DNA from: Neocallimastix sp. 'constans' | Taxonomy: Eukaryota | NCBI GenBank assembly: GCA_050613775.1 | Contig: JBODTK010000016.1 | Location: forward strand, 372,001 to 436,000 | Direction of reading: 5' to 3' | DNA: 64,000 bases | Shown: piece by piece, positions 46,801 through 57,580 of the stretch | Layout of the letters: every line of letters starts with the position of its first letter | Numbering within the stretch: position 1 is the stretch's first letter | Program-made: the position numbers and the translations under genes | The notes under the pieces: generated by a model | Told to the model about the DNA's origin: nothing | The model's input: only the letters and a program-made list of their open reading frames with translations | Databases searched by the model: none

Positions 46801-49524
46801 ATGAAGGAAGTAAACTCTGCTTAATTTATAAATAATATAATATAGGAAAAGGAGTATATTTAAATATTATTTATATCTTCAAATAAAATTTATTATGATT
46901 AATAAATATTTACATTTTTATTATGGTTAAAAACGTCAATAAAAACTAATAAACTTTGATGAATAATCTATTAATAAATAAACATAAATTTTAAGCTTAT
47001 AGTTAATGTATTGCCAAAAAGTCTTGTTACTATATTTAATATTTAATAAAAAAAAGTCAAATAGGAAATATACATGTGGCTTGTATTATATTTTAGAATA
47101 TCTATTACATTTTAATACGTTGAATAGAATTCTTATAATAAGAATAAAAACACAAATAAACAAATAAAGAAATAATTAAAACAAGGAGTTATGAATAATA
47201 AATAATTTAATATATGAATTAAATTGATGATATTATAATAAAATAGAACTGACTAATAATATTTTTTTCTTGATAAAAATTAAAAAAAAATATTACATAT
47301 TATTTAAACACTTCATATTATATGCAAATATTTAATTATAGGTATTAATATTAATTTTACTAATAGACACCGACCACATCAATATAATAATGGTAAAATA
47401 TTGGAAATATCATAAAATGAAGTTAAACTATTCAATTATTCATTTTACATAATATAAAGTATATTTTTCCTTAGGAATAACTTTTTTTTTTATAATTTAC
47501 AGCGACTTTTTTTTTTTTTTTTTTTTTTTTTTTGGTAAAATAATAAATTATTAGAAGTGAGAATATTTTTTAAGGTAATTTGATAAAATTATTTTTTATA
47601 ACAAGCTTTTTTTTTTTAAAATAATATTATTAAAGATTCTCTTTATGTTTATCAAATATTTAGGATCTTTGTTACTTTATTTGAAATTTAGATTATTAAA
47701 TTTATTTTATAGAAACAAAGTTTGAACTAAGGGAACTTTTAATATTAAGTATTTAAAAAAAAAATTGAATAATTATTTAATATATATATATATAATTTGT
47801 ATTACATTAAATAAATTAAAAATAAATTTAGTTTATAGAGTAATTCTAAATTCAGGGTTGTGAAAATATGGGTTATTATAACAATATTATAATAAATGAA
47901 TATGAAACAAATATATATTGAAGGCAATAAAGATTTATTGAATATTCTATTCCTGCTTATAGTGTTAAATATAACTTCATATAATTATGTAATATTCAAA
48001 GGAAAAGGAAATATTATTTATAATATAATTTTATAAATAATACTAATATTTATTTATTTATTTATTATTTTTTTTTTTTACAATATATATTTATATTTTT
48101 AATGAATTTTAAAAAAATATTTGTGGCTTACTAATATATAATGTCTTTAATAACTTCAAGATCACCATTATTTAATACAATATGTATTTTAACATAATAT
48201 ATTTAAAGTTGATATAAAAATATATTTAACTATTTAAAATTGTAAAGTTTATTAATGAATGAAAAATATATTAAAATAAATTACCAATAGTAATTATAAA
48301 ATATATATAATTAGAACTTTACTTGTTAATAAAAATTATCATTTTATTATTCTTCATGAATAATAAAAAAAAAATTTATATTGAATAAAGTTTGAAATTT
48401 TAATTTATTAATGTGTTTGTATAAGTATTATGTACGAAACTTTTTTTCTATTATATAGGTATAAATTATGAATATATATTTTTTAAGTATAATATAATAT
48501 ATTTATTATATATTAATATATATAATTTAAATTTTTGAATTAAAAAGCTTAATTATATATAATACATATATTATTTATATTGATTGTTTTTTTTTTTTTT
48601 TTTTTTATTAACGTATTGAAAAATTAATAAATAATAAATATAAAAATAAATTGTTTAAATATATATATAATTTTTAAATTAATTTTTTTTTTTAGAATAA
48701 ATAAAATATATTATTTTATTTTTTTTTCCTTTTTTTTAATATTATTAAAAATTGTATATAAAAACTCATAATCTTCTCAATTTTTTATTTATTTTTGTTT
48801 TCATAATTTATCATTTTCATTTCAACATAGTTAAATTTTTAAAAGAATAAGTTTAAATTTATTTTTATCAGAAATTATTTTAAAAAAGTGAAATTTTTAG
48901 TAAAAAACGAATCTTATACTTATAAGTGTAAACATACAAAAAAGTAATTTAGTTTAAAAAGAAAAGTAGAAATTTATATATATATATTATATAATTAAAA
49001 TAATTGTTGTATATATAAATTTTTCAAAAGAAAATTAAAATACATATTAAAAATTATATTTATAAATTTAGTGAACAAAATATTTTGTATTTATATTTTA
49101 TTATTTTTTTTAAAGAAAAACTTTTTTCTATTTTTTTTTATTTTTTTAAAAACTTTCCTTCTTATTTATTTTTCTTTTGAAAATTAAAGAGTAGAAAAGT
49201 TTTATTATTAATTTTATAATTTAAAGAAATATAATAATAGTACTAGCGTATTATTAATATTTTATTTAAATTTTATTATAATATCAACACTTTTTTTAAA
49301 TTAATTTTTAAAAAAAGAGTTTTATTTTTTGTTATTTTTTTTTATTTTGATGATTACTGGAATGTCATCCTTCTGCTTTTTTTCAGCAAACTTTTACTTT
49401 CAAAAAACATTTTTTCGATTTATATAGATATTTTTTTTTTTTTTTAGCTATTGCAAATAATAATAGTAAAAAAAAATAAGAAAACTCAAAAGCATTTAAA
49501 ATATATAGTATAAAAATATAATAA

Positions 49525-49552
49525 GAAAAGATATTACGTAATATATCTTTTC
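49525..49552. promoter_or_regulatory. Extended palindrome centred on TTACGTAA (candidate bZIP site) ~490 bp upstream of the C2H2 gene
   Basis: GAAAAGATATTACGTAATATATCTTTTC is self-complementary apart from one extra AT. The core TTACGTAA (49534-49541) matches the known Yap/PAR-type bZIP element. Confidence 0.35.
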
Positions 49553-50025
49553 GAAAGCAATTATAAAATTTTTATTAATATAAATATTTAAATAATAAAT
49601 CATATAATAGCAATAATAAGATTTTATCTTAAAACTTTTAATATATCCTTTACCTTTTAATACCCATAAAAGAAAAGTGTATATTAGTAAAAAAAAAAAA
49701 AAGAGAAAAAAAATAATTCATATTAAAGCTATTAATTATTAATAATATATAAATAGTAAAAAAAATCAATTAGATTTTTTTAATATTTATTTCAAAAGTT
49801 CTTATTTTTTTAAAAAACAAAAATAGTAATATAAGAAGATTGCATATAATTATATAATTTTTTTGCAATTTTTATTAATTAATTAAATAAATTAAAGCTT
49901 AAATAAATTAATAAATTAAAGCTTAATAAAATCATTAAATCTTTTAAAAAGAAACTATCAGAATATTAACATAGAGGATAGGTTTTCTTTTTAAAAACTG
50001 CGAATATTTTTATTAACCCCAACCA

Positions 50026-52083
50026 ATGAAATTTAGTTTAAATAATAATATAGTTAATTTAGAAAATGTACTCTCAAAAGTTATATCAAGTCGTCGTTGT
50101 TCCAAAGGATTTAGAAGAAGTGGAAATACGTGGCAACCCGGAAGAATTACGAATCGAAGAATTTCGACTTCCAACCCTTGGTTGGAGGAGTTCATTAGAA
50201 ATTCATGGACGAAGTCATCTATTGCATCACCATCTATTACAACATTACAGTCTCCAATAAGCGATTTATCGTTTAATGGAATGGAGCAAAGTGACATATC
50301 ATCATATATGAATGAAAATATAATCGATGCTCAGAAAAAGGAAATGAAGGGCAGTAACCAATTAGAAAGTTTTGAAAATTTAAAGGAAAATCAAATGCAA
50401 GAAGTTTTCAAGATGTTTTTAACTGGAAACAAAGATAAAATTCAAGATATAACAACGAAGGATGAATATTTTAAAGCTTTGAATGAAATTAATCCTGAGC
50501 AATTAATTGATTGCCTTAAGAATCTTGGAGAAAAAATCTTTGATGAAAGTAAATGCACTTCAAAAAATGATGAAAATAATGAAGCTTTCGATTTATATAA
50601 TTCAATGAATGCAAATGATGAAGTAGCAAATACTTATTTAGCTACACCACTCGATACTCCTATTGGTGATTCATTTTTAGATGAATCATTATTATTAGAT
50701 ACTTCTCTTTCACAAAAGGAAATGCAAAATGATATGTTATCTTACGTTACGAATACTAAAGATCCTTTAAATCTCGTGAATTATCAATTACCATCATTGG
50801 CTTCAAATAATGACTCATCCCTTAATGGAGAGATGCCAAGCCCAGAAATATTTTCTCCAATTCAATCAAACCAAAGTGAAAACCAATTCATTCAACCAAC
50901 TCCAATTGAAAAGCCTGATGATGTTGATTCAACTTTATTACTTAATAACATTATACAGTCCTCAACTCCAACAGAGGAGTTAGAAGATTTAAAATTAACT
51001 TCATTATTTAATAATTTATATTCTGATAATTCTATGATTGCACAGAATGAGCTTAATACTTTTAGTGCTCCTACTCAAGCTACAGTAGTATCAAATAAGC
51101 CTAATTATATTGAAGAATTATTAAATAAAGAATTATTAAACCAATTAAGTGGTACTACATCATCTTTTGATATGCTTAATGGAGCTAATAGTATTACATC
51201 AGTAAATCATAAAATTTTAGATGTTTCAGGTACTCCATTAGTAAATTCTGTAATTAGTCCTTTACAAGAATTACCTTACCCACAAATTATATCACCTGTT
51301 GTACAGAATGATAATACTTTGAGACCATCATCTCAAAATGGTAAAATGATACTTACCCCTGAAAGTACTCCTTTATTGATTAATGATAGTACAACAATAA
51401 ATGATATGAATAATGAGTTATTTACTAATGCATCATCAATCTTAAAAAATAATATGATTAGTTCATATGAAACTAAAGGAAATAGTAAATTAACAACAAA
51501 TAATGAAGTATTAGATTGTGAAAAGGTATGTTCTGACTTGGAGAAAGTTAATAATATTTTATTAGAAGTTTTAAAATCATTACCAAATGATAATGAAAGT
51601 GAAATAGAAAGCAATTTAGAGGGTAATAAATTCCCAACAAGTGAAGATATAAAATTTTATAAGGTAAAGGAATCTAAATTTGATTTTACTGAGGAGAATG
51701 TATCAAAATTGGCAAGTCTTTCACCAGTAGAACTTGTACAAGAAGATATAGAGGTTCACCAAATATCAAAGCGTGGAAAAGGTCGTCCAAGAAAGCCAAA
51801 GAAGTTATTTAGATGTCCCTTTGAATGTTGCAAGAGAAAGTTTAATAGAGAATACAATTTAAAGGAGCACATTAGAACTCACAATCCAAGTAGAAGCAAG
51901 GAATATACTTGCAAAATCTGTAATGAAAGCTTTTATAGTTCTTCTGTATTAAATCGTCATGTGTCATCAATTCATGAAGGTGAAAGATTCTGTTGTAAGT
52001 ATTGTGGAAGACCATTTAATAGAAAGGATGCTCTCCGTCGTCACGAGAATACCTATTGTCAAAAAGCTAAATTTGAGAATTAA
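50026..52083 (+). CDS. AT-hook plus three zinc-finger (C2H2, C2H2, C2HC) transcription factor, intronless, 685 aa
   Basis: KRGKGRPRKP (AT-hook GRP core) is followed by CPFECCKRKFNREYNLKEHIRTH, CKICNESFYSSSVLNRHVSSIH and CKYCGRPFNRKDALRRHENTYC. The N-terminal region is acidic and S/P-rich, like an activation domain. Confidence 0.93.
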   Translation: MKFSLNNNIVNLENVLSKVISSRRCSKGFRRSGNTWQPGRITNRRISTSNPWLEEFIRNSWTKSSIASPSITTLQSPISDLSFNGMEQSDISSYMNENIIDAQKKEMKGSNQLESFENLKENQMQEVFKMFLTGNKDKIQDITTKDEYFKALNEINPEQLIDCLKNLGEKIFDESKCTSKNDENNEAFDLYNSMNANDEVANTYLATPLDTPIGDSFLDESLLLDTSLSQKEMQNDMLSYVTNTKDPLNLVNYQLPSLASNNDSSLNGEMPSPEIFSPIQSNQSENQFIQPTPIEKPDDVDSTLLLNNIIQSSTPTEELEDLKLTSLFNNLYSDNSMIAQNELNTFSAPTQATVVSNKPNYIEELLNKELLNQLSGTTSSFDMLNGANSITSVNHKILDVSGTPLVNSVISPLQELPYPQIISPVVQNDNTLRPSSQNGKMILTPESTPLLINDSTTINDMNNELFTNASSILKNNMISSYETKGNSKLTTNNEVLDCEKVCSDLEKVNNILLEVLKSLPNDNESEIESNLEGNKFPTSEDIKFYKVKESKFDFTEENVSKLASLSPVELVQEDIEVHQISKRGKGRPRKPKKLFRCPFECCKRKFNREYNLKEHIRTHNPSRSKEYTCKICNESFYSSSVLNRHVSSIHEGERFCCKYCGRPFNRKDALRRHENTYCQKAKFEN

Positions 52084-52276
52084 AAATAAATTTGAAAAAT
52101 AGGTTAAAAAAAGTTAAAAAAAAGAGGAACAATAATTTTTTATTTTATATTATATATTTTAATTAGTTTTTGTTTTAATTATTTTTTTCTTTTAAAATTT
52201 TTTTATTATTATATCTTTTTTTTTATTATAACAAAAAAGTAAATTTTAAAGTTTTATTTAAAAAATTTAGTAATTT

Positions 52277-52331
<55 letters not shown>

Positions 52332-52951
52332 GTAAATATATATTTTTAAAATAATAAAATAAAAAATTAAAGTTAAAAAAAAAAATAAAAATTTATAAAC
52401 TTTTGTGTTAATTATATTTTTAAAATAATACAATAAAAAGTAAAAGTTATAAAAAAAAAAAAAAAAAAAAGAAAAAAAGAAGTAATTGTATAAAAGGATA
52501 ATTGTTATTTAATTTTTTATCTTAAAAAGAAAATATTTAAATAATTAAGAGTTCAGAAATGGTAAAAGTAATTCAACTTTTGATGATCTTTCTTGTAGTT
52601 CAGGGGAGAGTTTAGTGGATAACACGCTATTTATTTTAAAGATGTTACTTCTTTGTTTTATTATTTCAGATTTAGAGGGTGATCATGCTACACACATAAG
52701 ATACGTCATACTGTTTTTTTTTTAACTTTCAAACTTATTATGGAATATATTCATTAAATTTGTATTAATATTATAATATATTAATTTAACTTTAACTTTA
52801 CATTTTAGTTAATATATGATTATTCAACAGAAAATTATTACATTAATCAAAGCTTTATTAATCGAATAGAAAAACAATAATTCAAAATATAAAACAAAAG
52901 ATTATTTATTATAACAAAATAATGATTTTTTAAATAATTATCAAATACAGC

Positions 52952-52985
<34 letters not shown>

Positions 52986-53106
52986 ATTCAAATTATTTAA
53001 TTTTTCTATATTCAATTTTTTTATATTTTTATTTTATATTTATATTTATTAGTTTTTAGTAGTTTTATATTAGTTTCATTTTTATCAATTTGTAATCTGT
53101 TACATT

Positions 53107-55533
53107 ATGGAAAAGATATTTCTCTGAGGTTCTCATTGTTATGGAACATCTATTGATAACACAGGGATGATTTTTATCTGTGACATACACTCATAGATCA
53201 ATGCTAAAATAAAGGAATTTATTCATTCTAGATGCAAAAAAATTTAAGGATAATATTTTGTCAGTGAAAAGAATTACAAAATTCAAATGATAGATTCTTC
53301 AGGATTAAAATATATACACCAAATTTTAACCACACAAAATCTGTAAAAGTATTTGAAAAAACAATATCAGGAGTCAAAATTTCATATTACAGATGTTCCA
53401 AGTGGAATCATAAAGTTTCTTTTCAGCATTTAAAACAAAATTTAATATATATTAACACATCCAATAATATAATACAAGCTCAGCAAATCTCAGTTCAACT
53501 AATTTAGTAAATGTTATAAATACTAATCATGAACTCAATACTTTCAATATTCCTAATCTTAATTATCAATATACAATTTTATATTTTAACTTTGGGTAAC
53601 TGGTTTATTCTTCAGATTAATATTTCACCTATTTCATGGATTAGAGGTAGATATTCATCAGATATTGATCATACGTTAGTCAACTCAAGTATGCTGGATA
53701 AAATATCAAGTGCTTATTCAATGGCTATCCTTCTGTATCTGATCATAAACCCCCTAATAGTTTATTGCAAGAAAATTACCACTGATGAATCATTTTTGTT
53801 ACCAAAAAAAAAAATGTGTTGTGTGGGATTGGTATAAATGTCTTGAAATTAAGAAAGAAATTTGTGATCAAAATAAATTTGATATTTTTAGTGAAAAATT
53901 AGGAAATGGAGAACTTTCAGCAGATTGTATTAGATAGTATACAGAAATCAGAAAAGCGATGTTTAGAATATTCCACAAAATTTATTTATTTTGAAGACAA
54001 GAGTTACCTAAAACGAATTGCTATACCTACTTAGGTGTACCGTTTTCAAATGATTTAGAATTGAAACCGATCATACAAAGAATGAATAATAAAGTTAGAA
54101 ATACACTTTATTTTATGAAAGGATTTCTTATAAATCCTTATATTCCTATTCCTTATAAACAAATGTTATTTTCTGCTATAGTAATTGGGAAAGTTTCGTA
54201 TTATACACCTCAAACAAAAAAAAAAAAAAAAAACAAGAAGTAAACAGACACTACTTAACACAGGATTATACTAGTTTGAGGGATTTTCTAATGGGAATAG
54301 TTGTACATCCATTTATTGTGTTTCTAAAGAACTTAACATTCCTTCTCTTTCTATGAAATGTGCGATTGCACATTTCATAGAAAGATAAGGAATGTAACTC
54401 AGGTAAGATGTTTTAAAAAATGGAAAAAGTCGAATTGTATTATCTTTGTTTTACTTAGAGATATATCATTTATAGACGTTGTAGACATCATGCATGGTAT
54501 AAAGAAAGTAAAAATATTAATAGAAAAATTATAAAAATTTCCATCAGAAAAAGTAATTGTAAATTTTTACTGGGATAGAGAAATGTCAGGAAAATAAATC
54601 AAGGCTAAGGCTCGTAAGAAAAATAAATATGAGAGTACCAAAGACTACCTAACGCTCAACTTTAAATATCATGAATATAGAACTGGTTTCTGATGGGTAC
54701 TCCGTACCAGATGTGGATATAAATTCGATACTTGTGTTGCCAAGGCCGCCAATATGAATGAATAAGGATGTCCATTATTGTTACAGAAAAAATAGTAATC
54801 TTCGATTGGAATATTGGTTTCCTAAATGTCATCTTTTTCGTGAATTTCGAATGCAATATTTTAAAGATTTCGAAATTTTTTATGAAAAAATTTTTGCAAT
54901 TAGCAAATATTGTCCAATATTAAATAGTAATGTAAACACTGTTGTCATAGATATGAATAATATAGAATTAAGTTCTGAATTCTGATAGTAGTAACGAAGT
55001 ATATAATAATAATAATAATAATAACAGTAGAAATAATATTATTAATAATTGAAATATTAGTGATAGTGGAAATAATAGTATTGTTACTAATAATGTAGTG
55101 AATAGGTCAATTAGTGAAAATCATGTTAATATTGGTAATTTTCTGAACAATGAGAGTGTAAATATATATGTGACGTGGTACCGATTATATAACTTTCCTC
55201 TTGGTGAAAGAGATGAAGACATTATTGATTTAAATTATAAAAAGGAATGTTTTGTTTAAGAACCAAATTATTTCTGAGGATTATTCAAAAACGCCATTCT
55301 TGGTGCGATCTGCGGCACAGAAATTATGCCAAGGGCTAGTACTCGACAAGGGTTACTCTTCCGACAGTATAAACACATATTAACCAGGAACGTCAACGCT
55401 GAAAATTCGGTTAAGAAAGGCTAGTAGGGCCAATGCCTTTGAAGGAGAAAGAAGACCATAATATCTTTCAGAGAGTCAAAATAAACCCTAATCCGGAATA
55501 AGTAATCTGGAGGTGAGGTTCGTTGCATACGAA
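53107..55533 (+). mobile_element. Decayed, internally deleted non-LTR (LINE) retrotransposon
   Basis: Frameshifted fragments occur in LINE order: 5' ORF remnant from ~53107; APE endonuclease C-terminus SSDIDHTLV and SDHKPL (53738); RT thumb YTYLGVPFSNDL (54028) KPIIQRMNNKV...KQMLFSAIVIGKVSY; degenerate C-terminal Zn knuckle C-P-(fs)-Y-C...YWFPKC..FREFR (~54769-54850); ORF end ~55461; 3' stem-loops 55483-55533. Many stops and frameshifts. Confidence 0.85.
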
Positions 55534-55704
55534 ATTTTTTTTTTTCTGAATTTACTTATATACTTTATTTTGAATATTACTTTTTATTTCACGTTACTAT
55601 TTTAAATATTATTATATTATTATGTTCTAATTGGTCAAATAATATTTATTTTTTATTAATTCTGTTTTTTTTTTTTTTTTTTAGAATAAGAAATATTCCT
55701 GTAA

Positions 55705-55824
<120 letters not shown>

Positions 55825-56121
55825 GATTAAAGTTCCAATAAATACGGCTGTAAAAAAAAAATAAAGTTTTATTAGTGAAAATATAAATTTTTAATAAATA
55901 AATAATTAATAGAGGATTATTTAATTTTCTTAAGTATTTAATTTTAAAATAAATTTCTATAAATATTAAAAAATAATTATTTTTTTGAAGTCAAATGTTC
56001 CTTTTCTAAGAACCCTTTGATTAGAATAACCTTTCTTTATAAATAATTTAATAACCATTCTTTATAAATAATTTAATAATAATAATAATTAACAGAATAT
56101 CAATAATAACAATAATTTATT

Positions 56122-56156
<35 letters not shown>

Positions 56157-56293
56157 AAGAATTTAAATATGATTTATAGGTTATAATTTTATTATTTTTT
56201 TTTTGTAACATATTTTTGATAATTTTTAGAATTGTTTAGAAAAACGTATAATTAATAAAAATTTAAAATAAAAAACCTAATTTTTTTAATATA

Positions 56294-56347
<54 letters not shown>

Positions 56348-57407
56348 CTAATTTTTAAATATAAAACATGTTCCGTTTAATATCTAAAACATATCATTTA
56401 TTTATATAATTTATCTACATATTTAATGAAGGTGCCTTTATAAATTATAAATTAAATTAGAAATGAGTTTTTTATCTTTTTTTTTTTTTTTATTAGTAAA
56501 TAAATAATTATAAAAAAAAAAAAAAATAAAAAAATAAAATTTATATCAAATTTTTATTTTCCTTATTTTCATTATAATCCTTTTAAAATTTTTTTTTTTT
56601 TTAATTTTTTTTTTTTTAAAATTTATTTTATTAATTTTTATAGATAAAACAGGTGGGGTTATTTACTAAAATTTTTAATAATATATTAAATTTAACGAGG
56701 TTAATGGAAAATAATAAAAAAATAAAATAATAACAGAGATATATATAAACTTTTTTTTTTTTTAAAAAAAAAAAAAATTAAATTTATATATATTTATTGA
56801 TTATTATTATATTATTTAAAAAACAAAAAATATTGTAAAAAATTATAATTTAAATTAATAATAATCATAATTTTAATAATGATATTATTATTTTATTATT
56901 AACACCATTTATTATTACATATAAATTAAATTCTATAAAATATTATTATTTTTTCATTAACATTATTTAAAAAATTCATCAATTATTTATTGCTATATAT
57001 TTTTATTTTTTTCTTAAATATTTTATTTTATTTTATTATTTCTTTTAGTTCATTATACTACCAATTATTTAATTATTTTTTTTTTTTTTTTCATATTATT
57101 AATAATTTTTTTATGTTTTCAATTAATTTTTCAATTCAAATTATTAATAAAGAAAGAAAGAAGAAATAATATATAATGAGATTGAATATATTATACAATA
57201 ATTTTGAATTATTGAGTTAAAGAGATATATTAATATTAAGATATATTAATATTAAATATTTTCTAAAAACAAAAGAAAAAAAAAATAATATTGTAATTAA
57301 TATTTTAAAATAGATTATATTTTATTTTTTATATAAAATGTTTTAAATAAATATTAAAAATAATATCACTTTATTATATATAAAATAATATCATTTCTGG
57401 GGAAATG

Positions 57408-57481
57408 CTAACATATTTTTTTTTTTAATCTTTTTTATTATTTAATATACAATTTAATTTTTTTTTTTTTTACTATTTCAG
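57408..57481 (+). promoter_or_regulatory. Branch point, pyrimidine tract and 3' splice site of a probable 5'-UTR intron of the F-box/LRR gene
   Basis: GCTAAC (57408-57413), T-tracts, then TTTCAG|G ending at 57481, 100 nt before the ATG. Candidate donors are CAG|GTGGGG (~56653) or GAG|GTTAAT (~56700). Confidence 0.45.
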
Positions 57482-57580
57482 GTTAAAATAATTTTTTTTT
57501 TTATTAGTTTTTCTTTTATTTTTTTTTTAAAGAAATTTAATATCAAATATCTTATTGTAATATATATGTAAGGAAAAAAA

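Noticed and set aside
49643..49662. U12-type AT-AC 5' splice site (ATATCCTTT); also GTATCTT at 15934
   Set aside because: No associated exon structure or U12 branch site/AC acceptor is needed by any gene model. Such words are expected by chance in this composition, and 15934 does not match GTATCCT.
39580..51614. Antisense and alternate-frame ORFs overlapping OXR1 and the C2H2 gene (39580-39798, 40398-40610, 41628-41879, 50013-50297, 50066-50260, 51333-51614)
   Set aside because: Short shadow ORFs of real coding sequence with no motifs of their own.
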